Assembly (NCBI GenBank): GCA_045531455.1 | Contig: JAZSEA010000075.1 | Location: 2,922 to 66,921 of the forward strand | Source of the DNA: Eubacteriales bacterium | GTDB lineage: Bacteria; Bacillota; Clostridia; Oscillospirales; CAG-272 | DNA: 64,000 bases | Reading direction: 5' to 3' | Shown here: positions 43,317-53,914 of the stretch, piece after piece | How the letters are laid out: each line of letters opens with the position of its first letter | Numbering within the stretch: the first letter of the stretch is position 1 | Made by a program: the position numbers and the translations under genes | Notes under the pieces: model-generated | The model's database searches: none | What the model was told of the DNA's origin: nothing | The model's input: the letters and a program-made list of their open reading frames with translations, nothing else

Positions 43317-44999
43317 ATGCTGAAATCATTGCATATTAAAAATATGGCGGTCATAAGTGAGATTGAATTTGACTTTTCATCGGGCTTGACCGTGTTTACC
43401 GGCGAAACGGGAGCTGGAAAATCTGTTATCACAGATTGTATCAAGTTCCTGATCTGTCAAAAGATTGCAAGAGATCTCCTTCGTACAGGAGAGACAAAGG
43501 GACTTGTCAGCGCGGTTTTTTCGGATCTTTCCGATTATACGGTTTGTTCTTTGAATGAATTAGGTTTTGACGTATCGGAAAGAGAGATCACTCTTGAAAG
43601 AATTACTTCTGCCGACGGAAGATCCTCTTGCAGGATCGATGGAAGAGGCGTTTCACAACAGATTATGCGAAAGGTCGGCAGCCTTTTAATTACTGTTCAC
43701 GGCCAGAATGAAAGTTTGCGACTTGCAGATGAAAGCGCGAGGTTGTCGTTGATTGATACGTATTCTTCCTCCGATGATCTTGTGAACGATTATTCCCTTG
43801 TCTATGAAGAGTGGGCTGATATCAGACGTCAGATCACAAATCTGATAAGGGACAGCGCGGAGCTTTCACGAAGGCAGGATATGCTACAGTTTCAGATCAA
43901 AGAGATCACAGCCGCCAAACTCAAGGCGGGTGAAGAGGAATCCTTGGTTGCCGAGCGTTCCAAGCTTCAATCTGCTGAAAGAATCAAAAAATTCAGCGAT
44001 TCCGCCGCAAGAACGTTATATGCGAACGAGAAGGGAATTACAGCATCATCAATGGCTCTCCATGCGGCCGAAATGTTGTCTAAGGTAGCAGACGTTGTTC
44101 CCGAATATAATGATCTCGCCGCGAGGCTGAGAAGCTGTACCTATGAGCTTGATGATATTTCTTCCGAGCTTCAGAGAATAGCAGTAGAGTCTGATCTGAA
44201 CTCAGATCCTTCAGCCAGACTTGATGAGATCGAGAGCCGATTGGCACTGATCACACGACTTAAGCGCAAATACGGAAGCACTGTGGAAGAGATTATTGAC
44301 TTCGGTAATAATGCTTCATCGGAGCTTGAGAGAATTGAATCATCAGAGATAGTTATGGATGAGCTTGTTTCCAAGCAAAATGCACTTCAGGCGGTACTTG
44401 AAGTCAAAGCAAAATCCTTGACAGAAGCACGTAAATCAAACTCGATCAGAATCGAAAAGGAAGTATGCGAAACGCTTCGATTCCTTGATATGCCCAAGGT
44501 ACGATTTTCCGTAACGATTGGCGAAAAAAACGAGTTTTCTGAATCCGGCAAGGATCAGATCGATTTCTTGATCGCTGCAAACGCAGGTGAACCATTGTTA
44601 CCGCTTGAAAAATCAGCATCGGGCGGCGAGCTTTCGAGAGTGATGCTTGCTCTCAAATGCGCTGTATCCGAGGCGGATAAGACAGATACCTTGATCTTTG
44701 ACGAAGTTGATACCGGAGTATCCGGTAAAACCTCGGGAAAGATCGGTATCAAGTTGAAGCAAGCTTCCGCATCATCGCAGATTCTTGCTGTTACCCATTC
44801 TGCACAGATTGCTTCTCTGGCTCACCATCACTTGCTTGTTTCAAAGTTTGAAAAGGCAGGCAGAACAGAATCACAGGTCGTTGAGCTTGATGAGGACGGC
44901 AGAATAGACGAGCTTGCGCGTATTCTTGGCGGTATCAACGTCTCTGAATCGCAAAGGCTTGCGGCTATAGATATGATCAATGAAGGTAAAACTTATTAA
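43317..44999 (+). CDS. recN: DNA repair protein RecN
   Basis: 560 aa. Contains LKSLHIKNMAVISEIEFDF..GLTVFTGETGAGKSVI, coiled-coil regions, and SGGELSR plus LIFDEVDTG. Confidence 0.95.
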   Translation: MLKSLHIKNMAVISEIEFDFSSGLTVFTGETGAGKSVITDCIKFLICQKIARDLLRTGETKGLVSAVFSDLSDYTVCSLNELGFDVSEREITLERITSADGRSSCRIDGRGVSQQIMRKVGSLLITVHGQNESLRLADESARLSLIDTYSSSDDLVNDYSLVYEEWADIRRQITNLIRDSAELSRRQDMLQFQIKEITAAKLKAGEEESLVAERSKLQSAERIKKFSDSAARTLYANEKGITASSMALHAAEMLSKVADVVPEYNDLAARLRSCTYELDDISSELQRIAVESDLNSDPSARLDEIESRLALITRLKRKYGSTVEEIIDFGNNASSELERIESSEIVMDELVSKQNALQAVLEVKAKSLTEARKSNSIRIEKEVCETLRFLDMPKVRFSVTIGEKNEFSESGKDQIDFLIAANAGEPLLPLEKSASGGELSRVMLALKCAVSEADKTDTLIFDEVDTGVSGKTSGKIGIKLKQASASSQILAVTHSAQIASLAHHHLLVSKFEKAGRTESQVVELDEDGRIDELARILGGINVSESQRLAAIDMINEGKTY

Positions 45000-45011
45000 G
45001 AGGTGATCGCT

Positions 45012-45176
45012 ATGATGTATTATTATCAGATTTTAAACGCATTGATGCTTTCTCCGGCAACCGGAGACGAAGCTAAGCCTTGGCTTTGGATAGGCGTTGG
45101 TGTTGGAGTGGTCGGACTCGCTGTTGTCTTCTTGCTTATGTCCAAGCGAGATAAGGGCGACGATGATGATGAATAA
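45012..45176 (+). CDS. unannotated 54-codon ORF: small membrane protein resembling a bare sortase sorting signal
   Basis: It is not in the ORF track because it is under 60 aa. My own translation is MMYYYQILNALMLSPATGDEAKPWLWIGVGVGVVGLAVVFLLMSKRDKGDDDDE. RBS AAGAGGTGA lies 5 nt upstream. Confidence 0.4.
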   Translation: MMYYYQILNALMLSPATGDEAKPWLWIGVGVGVVGLAVVFLLMSKRDKGDDDDE

Positions 45177-45198
45177 AATAACAGGTAGGTAGTTAATA

Positions 45199-46917
45199 AT
45201 GAAAATATTTAAAAATCAGATTGCAGAGAGCATTTCGAGTATTGTATCGGCTTCTTTTGCCGGTGCACAGCTTTCTGTAAACGAGATCCTTGATCTTCTC
45301 GAGTATCCTGCGGATACCACGATGGGTGATATCGCGCTTCCTTGCTTTAAGCTCAGCAAGATCCTTCGCCGGTCGCCCGTTCAGATCGCGATGACATTGG
45401 CCGAGGGGTTTAACGGCGGTGATGCTATCAAAGCAGAAGCTGTGAACGGATATCTGAACTTCAAGATCGACAGCAACGCGCTTGCAAACGAAACTCTTAA
45501 AGAAGTATTTGCTAAGGGCGAAAAGTACGGCTCTCCAGAGAACGGTTACGGAAAGACTGTCGTTCTTGACTATTCTTCTCCTAATGTTGCAAAGCCCTTC
45601 CACATCGGCCATCTCGGAACGACCGTTATCGGTCATTCGATTAAAAAGCTTCATGAGTTTGCGGGATATAACTGTATTGGTGTTAATCATCTCGGCGACT
45701 GGGGGACTCAGTTTGGTAAGTTAATCGTTGCGTACCGCAAATGGGGTTGCAAGCAAGATATCGAAGAAGGCGGAATTGATAAGCTCGTAGAGCTATATGT
45801 AAAGTTCCACGCCGAGGCAGAGAACGATCCCACTCTTGAGGATCAGGCGAGAGCTGAGTTTACCGCTCTTGAAGCAGGTAAAGAGGAGAATCGTGAGCTT
45901 TGGAAGTGGTTTATAAGCATAAGCATCGAGGAGTATAAGAAAACCTATGCTCAGCTTGATATTGAATTCGACAGTTACGCAGGAGAAAGCTTCTATTATG
46001 ATAAGTGCGGACCCGTACTTGACAAGCTTGCAGATGCAAAGATCACCAAGGTCGACGCGGGTGCTACCATAGTCGATCTTTCCGAATATAATATGCCTCC
46101 TTGCCTCGTTCTCAAGAGCGACGGTTCTACCATTTACGCGACAAGAGACATAGCTGCGGCTCTTTACAGAAAAGAGACTTATGATTTTGACAAGTGTATC
46201 TACGTAACCTCAGCAGGTCAGTCTCTGCATTTTGCTCAGTGGTTCAAAGTGGTAGAACTTATGGGCTATGATTGGTCGGATAAGCTCGTTCACGTTCCTT
46301 ACGGTACTGTTAGCATCAACGGCGCAAAACTTGCGACAAGAACGGGTAACGTAATTCTTCTCAAGGATCTTTTTGCTCAGGCAATTGAAAAGGTGTATCA
46401 GATCACCGGAGATAAAAATCCCGATATGCCCGAAGACAAGAAGAATGAGATCGCAGAGAAGGTAGGCGTCGGCGCAATAGTATTCTACTATCTTTCCAAC
46501 AACAGAATCAAGGATATCAACTTTATGCTCGAGGATGCGCTCTCCTACGACGGAAATACAGGTCCATACGTACAGTACACGTATGCAAGAACCTGTTCCG
46601 TAATGGCTAAGGCTGCACACGTTAAGTATAACGGCAATTACAAAGCATCCACCCCTGAGGAGCATGACCTTCTTAGAGTAATCTCTATCTTCCCCGAGAG
46701 AATCGAGGCTGCTATCGAAAACTACGAGCCCTTCTATATCACAAGATACATTCTTGATCTTGCAGCAGCATTTAACAGATTCTATCACAACTGCGGTATC
46801 CTTACTGAATCTGATCCCGAGGTTGTTTCTACCCGTCTCGCTCTTACTGCGGCAACAAAATCCATTCTCGGTACTGCTTTCGAGCTTATCTGCCTGAAGA
46901 AGACCGAGCAGATCTAA
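45199..46917 (+). CDS. argS: arginine--tRNA ligase
   Basis: 572 aa. Contains SSPNVAKPFHIGHLGTTVIG (HIGH), and the text is ArgRS-like through the C-terminal anticodon-binding domain. Confidence 0.95.
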   Translation: MKIFKNQIAESISSIVSASFAGAQLSVNEILDLLEYPADTTMGDIALPCFKLSKILRRSPVQIAMTLAEGFNGGDAIKAEAVNGYLNFKIDSNALANETLKEVFAKGEKYGSPENGYGKTVVLDYSSPNVAKPFHIGHLGTTVIGHSIKKLHEFAGYNCIGVNHLGDWGTQFGKLIVAYRKWGCKQDIEEGGIDKLVELYVKFHAEAENDPTLEDQARAEFTALEAGKEENRELWKWFISISIEEYKKTYAQLDIEFDSYAGESFYYDKCGPVLDKLADAKITKVDAGATIVDLSEYNMPPCLVLKSDGSTIYATRDIAAALYRKETYDFDKCIYVTSAGQSLHFAQWFKVVELMGYDWSDKLVHVPYGTVSINGAKLATRTGNVILLKDLFAQAIEKVYQITGDKNPDMPEDKKNEIAEKVGVGAIVFYYLSNNRIKDINFMLEDALSYDGNTGPYVQYTYARTCSVMAKAAHVKYNGNYKASTPEEHDLLRVISIFPERIEAAIENYEPFYITRYILDLAAAFNRFYHNCGILTESDPEVVSTRLALTAATKSILGTAFELICLKKTEQI

Positions 46918-46950
46918 TCAGAAATTATTAATCAAAAGAGGTATATTAAA

Positions 46951-47682
46951 ATGTCCGGACACAGCAAATGGAGTAACATTAAGCACAAGAAAGAAAAGAC
47001 TGACGCTCAGAAAGCGAAGGTCTTTACCAAGATCGGTAAGGAAATTACCATCGCAGTTAAGGAAAGCGGACCCGATCCGTCCTCCAACTCTAAGCTTCGC
47101 GACCTTATCCAGAAGGCTAAGGCGAACAACGTTCCCAACGATAACATCGAGCGTACAATCAAGAAGGCTGTAGGCTCCGATAACGCAAACTACGAAGCTA
47201 TTACTTACGAAGGCTACGGACCTTCCGGTGTTGCCGTAATCGTTGAGACCACAACCGATAACAGAAACCGTACTGTAGGTAACGTACGCTCCTATTTCTC
47301 GAAGTATCACGGTAACCTTGGTAACTCGGGTTGCGTAAGCTTTATGTTTGATGAAAAGGGTATTATCATCATCAATAATGAAGATGGCGATATCGATGAA
47401 GATACACTTATGGAAGCTTCTCTTGAGGCAGGCGCAGCTGATTTTATGGCCGACGAGGATATCTTCGAGATCTACACCGAGCCCGATGATCTTTATGCAG
47501 TTTCCGAGGCTCTTGAGGCTGCAGGTTACAAGCTTGAATCTGCCGAAAAGACCAAGGTTCCGCAGAACACAGTTGAGCTTACAAGCGAGGATGATATCAA
47601 GTTTATGGGACTTCTTCTTGAAAAGCTCGAGGATGACGATGACGTCATGAACGTTTACCACAACTGGGAGAACGCTGATTAA
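46951..47682 (+). CDS. YebC/PmpR family DNA-binding regulator
   Basis: Contains MSGHSKWSNIKHKKEKTDAQKAK.F.K and NVPNDNIERTIKKA. Confidence 0.9.
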   Translation: MSGHSKWSNIKHKKEKTDAQKAKVFTKIGKEITIAVKESGPDPSSNSKLRDLIQKAKANNVPNDNIERTIKKAVGSDNANYEAITYEGYGPSGVAVIVETTTDNRNRTVGNVRSYFSKYHGNLGNSGCVSFMFDEKGIIIINNEDGDIDEDTLMEASLEAGAADFMADEDIFEIYTEPDDLYAVSEALEAAGYKLESAEKTKVPQNTVELTSEDDIKFMGLLLEKLEDDDDVMNVYHNWENAD

Positions 47683-47715
47683 TTATTCGCTTATTATGAG
47701 TACAGAGGTTAGCTG

Positions 47716-49155
47716 ATGAACAAGTATAAAAAGCTATTGTCAAATACGCTTATATTCGGCATAGGTACATTCTCATCCAAGGTGATGGTGTATCTTCTTA
47801 TGCCGCTGTATACGGCTCTTTTGTCTAAAGCAGAATATTCCACGGCTGACCTTATAACTCAGGCGGCAAACCTTCTTATGCCCCTTGCGGCAATCGGTAT
47901 GTATGACGGAATATTCAGATTTGCTATTGATGCGGGAGAGAAGAAGAAAGAAGTGTATTCCTCCGGAATGGCGGTACTTCTTCTCGGTAGTGTTGTCTTT
48001 ACGCTCTTGTCACCGATTCTCTGGCAGTTTGATTATTTTGAAGGTTATAACTGGCTTATCGTTGTTTTTGTTATTACCGCAAATCTGCAATGCGCAGTTT
48101 CTTTCTACGTCCGAGGACTCGGATATACAAAGATGTATGCTTTGCAGGGAATTATCAATACCGCACTCAATATAGCACTCAACGTGATCTTCCTTGTTTG
48201 CTTCGATATGGGCGTTCTCGGATACGTTCTTTCTGTTGTAGTAGCTAATGTATTGGTAACATTGTTCCTGATAGTTGCAATGAAGCTTTGGCGCGACTTT
48301 GATATAAAGCTTGTGACTAAAGAAACCGTTGTTGCTATGCTGAAATATAGTGTTCCTCTTATTCCGAATACTGTTTTTATTTGGGTAAACAGTGTTGCCA
48401 ACAGATTTATTGTTGCTCATTTTTGCGGAAATGACGTAAACGGACTTTTTGCGGCGGCTTTGAAGATACCTACTGCAATTACATTGCTTACTACGATTTT
48501 CACCGAAGCCTGGCAGCTTTCTGCGGTCACAGATGCCGATGATAACGGCAGAGGCTCATTCTACAGTTCAGTATTTAAGAGCTATCTTGGTTTGATCTTT
48601 ATGGCGGGATCCGCTTTGATCGCACTTTCGAAGGTATTTACGGTGCTTTTGATGGATGCATCCTACTACGATGCGTGGCAGTATATGCCTACGATGATCA
48701 TTTCAACCGTTTTTCTTTCGCTTGCAACCTTTATGGGAAGTGTATATCTTGTCAAGAAAAAGAGCGTTATGTCACTTGTTACTTCTATGACAGGTGCGGC
48801 GGTGAATATTCTCGTTACCGTTCTTCTTATTCCCGTATTTGCCGAAAAGTTCAACTTGATCGTTGCTGCACAAGGTGCGGCATTCGGTTCCATAGCGGGT
48901 TATCTGGCTGTCTATTTAATCAGAGCAATTAATGCGCAGAGCTACGTTAAATTCAATACTCAACCCATAAAACTCATTATCAACACGCTTTTGTTGGTTA
49001 TTCAAGCTGCGATAATGGTGTTTGAAATTGAAGGTTGGGTTTACTATCAGATCGCTTTATTTACGGTTATTATTGTAATTAATATGAAACCGATTATTGA
49101 CGGTATTATGCCGATCATCAAAAGATTCATCTTAAAAAAGAAGACAAATAATTGA
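47716..49155 (+). CDS. oligosaccharide/polysaccharide flippase (MOP superfamily, Wzx/SpoVB-like)
   Basis: 479 aa with about 12-14 TM helices. N-terminus is LSNTLIFGIGTFSSKVMVYLLMPLYT. Confidence 0.75.
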   Translation: MNKYKKLLSNTLIFGIGTFSSKVMVYLLMPLYTALLSKAEYSTADLITQAANLLMPLAAIGMYDGIFRFAIDAGEKKKEVYSSGMAVLLLGSVVFTLLSPILWQFDYFEGYNWLIVVFVITANLQCAVSFYVRGLGYTKMYALQGIINTALNIALNVIFLVCFDMGVLGYVLSVVVANVLVTLFLIVAMKLWRDFDIKLVTKETVVAMLKYSVPLIPNTVFIWVNSVANRFIVAHFCGNDVNGLFAAALKIPTAITLLTTIFTEAWQLSAVTDADDNGRGSFYSSVFKSYLGLIFMAGSALIALSKVFTVLLMDASYYDAWQYMPTMIISTVFLSLATFMGSVYLVKKKSVMSLVTSMTGAAVNILVTVLLIPVFAEKFNLIVAAQGAAFGSIAGYLAVYLIRAINAQSYVKFNTQPIKLIINTLLLVIQAAIMVFEIEGWVYYQIALFTVIIVINMKPIIDGIMPIIKRFILKKKTNN

Positions 49156-49170
49156 TTTGGAGAAGTAATA

Positions 49171-50709
49171 ATGGCTGAAAAAAGACCGAATTTCTTATTC
49201 ATTCTTTCAGATGACCATGGCGCTTGGGCAATGGGATGTGCCGGCAATAAAGAACTCAAAACCCCAAATCTTGACAGACTTGCAGAGATGGGCGTAAGAT
49301 TCGATAATTTCTTTTGTGCATCTCCTGTGTGTTCTCCCGCACGAGCATCCATTATGTGCGGAAAAATGCCCTCTGCACACGGAGTTCACGATTGGCTAGC
49401 CAAAGGCAATCTTTCAGATGACAAGATCAATGAAGACCTCCTCAAGGCATATGAAAACGATGATCTACCGTGGTATTATACTTGGGGCAAGAGTCAGATT
49501 ACCGGTGATACTCCCATTCAGTATTTAGCACCTCACAGAACAATCACGGGTGAGCTTGCAAAGAACGGTTATGAATGTGCTCTTTCGGGTAAGTGGCATA
49601 TTGGTGACAGTGCGACTCCTCAGGCGGGCTACACTTATTGGAAGACTATTGCGCTCGGCGGAGATAATTATTTCTATCCGATGATGCTTGTTGACGGTAA
49701 GATCGATATGCTCGAGAATGAATACGTGACCGACGTAATTACCGATAATGCGATCGAATTTCTTGATACCCGAGACAAGGAAAAGCCTTTTTATCTCTCT
49801 GTAAGCTACACGGCTCCTCATTCTCCTTGGTCTGCTTTGCACCACAAGAAAAAATACATTGATATGTATAAGGATTGTGCCTTTGATTCCACGCCGAATC
49901 TGCCTCCTCACAACTGGACAAGATTTGGTAAGATCACACTCGAGGAGTGGAATTCACAGTCTCATCCCGGCATCAGATATTCACAGATGAATTATCCTCC
50001 GATTCCCGAAACCTGGCAGGAGCATCGCAGAGAAAGTCTTACGGGCTATTATGCCGCAATCAGTGCTATGGACGAAGGAATCGGCAAGTTGCTTGACAGA
50101 CTTGAAGAAGAGGATCTTCTTGAAAATACCGTAATCATATTTACTGCAGATAACGGTATGAATATGGGACATCACGGCATTTGGGGCAAGGGCAACGGCA
50201 CTAAGCCTGTCAATATGTATGATACCTCTGTAAAGGTTCCTGCTATCATTGCTGCACCCGGTAGATTCGAGGGAGGCAGAGTATCCGAGGAGATGCTCAG
50301 TCACTACGACCTCTTCCCGACTATTCTCGAAATTGCAGATGTCGAGAATACGTATGATCCCGAGCAGCCCGGTGCAAGCTTCAAGAATCTTCTTGAAGGA
50401 AAAACCGAGAGAGTACGCGAGAACGTAGTTGTGTTCGATGAATACGGTCCGTGCAGAATGATAAGAAATACCGATTATAAGCTCGTGCTCAGATACCCGG
50501 GGCCCTGTGAGCTTTACGATCTTAAGGCGGATCCTGATGAGTATAACAATTTGTTTGATGATCCTGCATATGAGCAGTTGATCAATGAAATGACTTCCAG
50601 TCTCGATGATTGGTTCAAGAAGTACGTTAATCCCGATTTTGATGGAATAAAAGAAGCTGTTACTGGCGGCGGCCAATATGACCGACACCTGTTTGGCGGA
50701 AAAGTGTAA
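49171..50709 (+). CDS. sulfatase, Cys-type (formylglycine-dependent), no signal peptide
   Basis: Contains [11 protein letters not shown]. FGly motif is CSPARASIM (C-x-P-x-R). [13 protein letters not shown] is also present. The N-terminus is not hydrophobic. Confidence 0.85.
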   Translation: MAEKRPNFLFILSDDHGAWAMGCAGNKELKTPNLDRLAEMGVRFDNFFCASPVCSPARASIMCGKMPSAHGVHDWLAKGNLSDDKINEDLLKAYENDDLPWYYTWGKSQITGDTPIQYLAPHRTITGELAKNGYECALSGKWHIGDSATPQAGYTYWKTIALGGDNYFYPMMLVDGKIDMLENEYVTDVITDNAIEFLDTRDKEKPFYLSVSYTAPHSPWSALHHKKKYIDMYKDCAFDSTPNLPPHNWTRFGKITLEEWNSQSHPGIRYSQMNYPPIPETWQEHRRESLTGYYAAISAMDEGIGKLLDRLEEEDLLENTVIIFTADNGMNMGHHGIWGKGNGTKPVNMYDTSVKVPAIIAAPGRFEGGRVSEEMLSHYDLFPTILEIADVENTYDPEQPGASFKNLLEGKTERVRENVVVFDEYGPCRMIRNTDYKLVLRYPGPCELYDLKADPDEYNNLFDDPAYEQLINEMTSSLDDWFKKYVNPDFDGIKEAVTGGGQYDRHLFGGKV

Positions 50710-50729
50710 TTATTAAAAGGAGGCATATT

Positions 50730-52403
50730 ATGGCTTACTTATCCGATATCGAAATTGCTCAGCAAACCGAGCTTCGTCCGATTTCAGAAATCGCAAAGAT
50801 CGCAGGTATTGATGAGAAATACCTCGACCAGTACGGTAAATTTAAAGCAAAGATCGACAGAAATCTTCTCAATGACACACCGGAAAAGAATGGCAAGCTT
50901 GTTCTAGTGACCGCAATAACTCCCACTCCCGCCGGTGAAGGCAAGACAACAACTTCTATTGGTCTCGCCGACGGTCTCAGAAAGATCGGTAAGAAATCTA
51001 TTGCCGCTCTTCGTGAACCTTCTTTAGGCCCTGTTTTCGGTATCAAAGGCGGTGCCGCAGGCGGTGGCTATGCACAAGTTGTTCCGATGGAAGATATAAA
51101 TCTTCATTTTACAGGAGATTTCCACGCGATCGGCGCCGCAAACAATCTTCTTGCGGCAATGCTTGACAACCACATTTATCAGGGAAATGCTCTCAATATC
51201 GATCCCAGAAGAATTACTTGGAAGCGTTGTGTTGATATGAACGACCGTCAGCTCAGAAGTATTGTTGATGGACTGGGAAGCAAGGTCAACGGAATTCCGC
51301 GTGAAGATGGATATGATATTACGGTTGCATCCGAGATCATGGCTGTATTCTGTCTCGCCAATTCCATTACCGACCTCAAGGAAAGACTTTCTCGCATCGT
51401 TGTTGGATATACCTATGACGATAAGCCTGTTACTGCAGGAGATCTCAAAGCTGTCGGTGCTATGGCAGCACTTCTTAAGGACGCTATGAGCCCCAACCTT
51501 GTACAAACTCTTGAGGGTACGCCCGCACTGGTTCACGGCGGACCTTTTGCAAATATTGCACACGGTTGTAATACAGTTACCGCAACTAAGATCGCCCTAC
51601 GTCTTGGTGAATACTGCGTAACCGAGGCTGGCTTCGGTGCAGATCTCGGTGCGGAGAAGTTCCTCGATATCAAGTGTAGATATGCAGGACTTAAGCCCGA
51701 TGCTGTCGTAGTTGTTGGTACAATTCGTGCGCTTAAGATGCACGGTGGACTTCCCAAGACAGAGCTCGGAGCAGAAAATCTTGAGGCTCTTGAGGCGGGT
51801 ATTCCTAATCTTCTTCGTCACGTTTCTAACATCAAGGACGTATATAAGCTTCCTTGCGTTGTGGCAGTAAACAGATTCCCGACCGATACCGATGCTGAGA
51901 TCGATCTTGTTATCCGCAAGTGCTCTGAGCTTGGCGTAAAGGCTATCCTTTCCACGGTATGGGCGAATGGCGGAAACGGCGCTATCGAGCTTGCTGAGGA
52001 AGTCGTAAAGCTTTGTGAACAGCCTAATGATTTCTCCTTTAGCTATGAGCTCGAAGGCTCGATTGAGGATAAGATCAATGCAATCGTTCGCAGAGTATAC
52101 AGAGGTGAAGGTGCTATCCTTACCGCTCAGGCAAAGAAGGAAGCTGACAGACTTTCCGCGGCAGGATATGGAAATCTTCCAATATGTATGGCAAAGACGC
52201 AGTATAGCTTCTCGGACGATATGACCAAGATCGGTGCGCCTGATGGCTTTACCGTTACTGTCCGTGCACTCAGGCTTTCCGCGGGTGCAGGATTCATTGT
52301 TGCGCTTACGGGTGACATTATGACAATGCCCGGACTCCCCAAGGTTCCCGCGGCAGAGCGTATTGACGTTGACGAAACGGGAAAGATCAGCGGACTTTTC
52401 TGA
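50730..52403 (+). CDS. fhs: formate--tetrahydrofolate ligase
   Basis: 557 aa. Contains [20 protein letters not shown] and [15 protein letters not shown]. Confidence 0.95.
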   Translation: MAYLSDIEIAQQTELRPISEIAKIAGIDEKYLDQYGKFKAKIDRNLLNDTPEKNGKLVLVTAITPTPAGEGKTTTSIGLADGLRKIGKKSIAALREPSLGPVFGIKGGAAGGGYAQVVPMEDINLHFTGDFHAIGAANNLLAAMLDNHIYQGNALNIDPRRITWKRCVDMNDRQLRSIVDGLGSKVNGIPREDGYDITVASEIMAVFCLANSITDLKERLSRIVVGYTYDDKPVTAGDLKAVGAMAALLKDAMSPNLVQTLEGTPALVHGGPFANIAHGCNTVTATKIALRLGEYCVTEAGFGADLGAEKFLDIKCRYAGLKPDAVVVVGTIRALKMHGGLPKTELGAENLEALEAGIPNLLRHVSNIKDVYKLPCVVAVNRFPTDTDAEIDLVIRKCSELGVKAILSTVWANGGNGAIELAEEVVKLCEQPNDFSFSYELEGSIEDKINAIVRRVYRGEGAILTAQAKKEADRLSAAGYGNLPICMAKTQYSFSDDMTKIGAPDGFTVTVRALRLSAGAGFIVALTGDIMTMPGLPKVPAAERIDVDETGKISGLF

Positions 52404-52413
52404 TTTGAATAAT

Positions 52414-52442
52414 TAAGCTCCCGATTTGTGATCGGGAGCTTA
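52414..52442. terminator. bidirectional rho-independent terminator (fhs / sulfatase)
   Basis: Stem AAGCTCCCGAT / ATCGGGAGCTT with loop TTGTG, between convergent genes. Confidence 0.7.
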
Positions 52443-52462
52443 TTCTTTATGTAATTAATGGT

Positions 52463-53914
52463 TTACCAAAAATCGGTCTGCTTCGAGCCAATTACGATAT
52501 CGTAGCCTTCGGGCATGCGTGCGCGCTCTTCGTCCGCTCTCTTGATATGGTCGTTGAGCGGAGGATAGAAGGAGTATTTAGGCTGTCTTGCGGGGCTTTC
52601 CTTCGGTTCAGTTTCGATAACAGAGCAAACGTCACTCGCAATATGAGCATCAAGCTTTTCCTTGAGATAAATAACTCTGGGATTGCTCTCATCATACTTG
52701 TCAACTGCATCGGGGAAGGAGTCAAAGTAGAAATACCGGTTACCTACTGCAGAATATACAAGCTTATCCTTGCCGGATGCAACCATATAGATTCCAAGAG
52801 TTCCGTTGCCGTACTGTGAGTATACGAGCTCGTGAGAATCTGTCATAAGGTCAACGCCGTCAAAATCTTCGGCATCGTATTCAATTCCACAAGCAGAAAG
52901 CAGAGTCGGAGCGACGTCGACAAGGGATGCGGGATCGTGTCTGATCTCGTGATCCTTACCGGGAATTCTGAGAAGGAAAGGGATTTTTGCGGCGGCATCA
53001 AGCATTGTGCGCTTACCCATAGAAGCATAGTCTCCCATCATATCGCCGTGGTCAGAGGAGAACATAATTATCGTGTCATCATAGATACCCTTGGCCTTGA
53101 GCTCTGCGATGATTCTGCCAATCTGATAGTCAACGAAAGAAATGCAAGCGTAATAATACTGATTAAGAAGCTCGAGCCTTCTCGGCGAAATTCCGAGAGC
53201 GTCGCAAGTGTACTTATTACGAAGCATATCCTCGTAAGAGTCGGGGTCCTCGGGAATAAACGGATCACGTACGTTCTTGCGGTACATCTTGTTCCAGGGA
53301 GCTGGCGGTGCGAACGGCGGATGAGGATGGATGAAGGATGCAACGAGGAAGATTGGCTCTTCGTCTGTATTCGCGTTTTTGATGAAATTCACGCAATTAT
53401 CACCGATCCACTGCGTAGGATGCGCCTCTGCGGGAAGCTGAGAGATCTGCGGTATGTAGTACATGTCCGATCTCTGACCCATATAGTCGAAAACGTATTT
53501 GTACTGAGAATTGCAGATGAATTGAGTATAGTGGTCAGCAGGATGAGAAAGCTCTTCCTGCGTGATCCTGGTTCTGAAGCCCATACCATCGTAGAGCACG
53601 GGAGAATTGTGCATCTTACCGATTGCACAAGTGTTATAGCCGGCATCGGTAAATCTCTTATAAAAGCCTTCGCCTTCGTAAGCGATGTTCGGATTGTTAT
53701 TGTTGTTACCCGTTCTCGCACAGTATTGACCTGCTTTCATACAGAGTCTTGCGGGAACACAAACTGGTGAGGGAGTATAGCACTTGTCGAAAACAACGGC
53801 ATCGTTTGCTATACTGTCAAGCGCGGGTGTGACGATCTTTTCGTTACCGAGCGCGTGAATGGTATCTGCGCGCTGCTGATCTGTAAAGATCATCAAAACG
53901 TTCTTACGTTTCAT
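52463..53914 (-). CDS. sulfatase, Cys-type, no signal peptide
   Basis: Contains NVLMIFTDQQRAD. FGly motif is CVPARLCM (C-x-P-x-R). FSSDHGDMMGD is also present. Confidence 0.85.
   Translation of the reverse strand: MKRKNVLMIFTDQQRADTIHALGNEKIVTPALDSIANDAVVFDKCYTPSPVCVPARLCMKAGQYCARTGNNNNNPNIAYEGEGFYKRFTDAGYNTCAIGKMHNSPVLYDGMGFRTRITQEELSHPADHYTQFICNSQYKYVFDYMGQRSDMYYIPQISQLPAEAHPTQWIGDNCVNFIKNANTDEEPIFLVASFIHPHPPFAPPAPWNKMYRKNVRDPFIPEDPDSYEDMLRNKYTCDALGISPRRLELLNQYYYACISFVDYQIGRIIAELKAKGIYDDTIIMFSSDHGDMMGDYASMGKRTMLDAAAKIPFLLRIPGKDHEIRHDPASLVDVAPTLLSACGIEYDAEDFDGVDLMTDSHELVYSQYGNGTLGIYMVASGKDKLVYSAVGNRYFYFDSFPDAVDKYDESNPRVIYLKEKLDAHIASDVCSVIETEPKESPARQPKYSFYPPLNDHIKRADEERARMPEGYDIVIGSKQTDFW

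Noticed and set aside
46918-53770. Other long antisense ORFs: 46918-47661, 49981-50688, 51024-51563 and 52832-53770.
   Set aside because: Each lies wholly inside a confidently identified gene on the other strand (yebC-family, sulfatase, fhs, sulfatase). They show the same shadow-frame behaviour.
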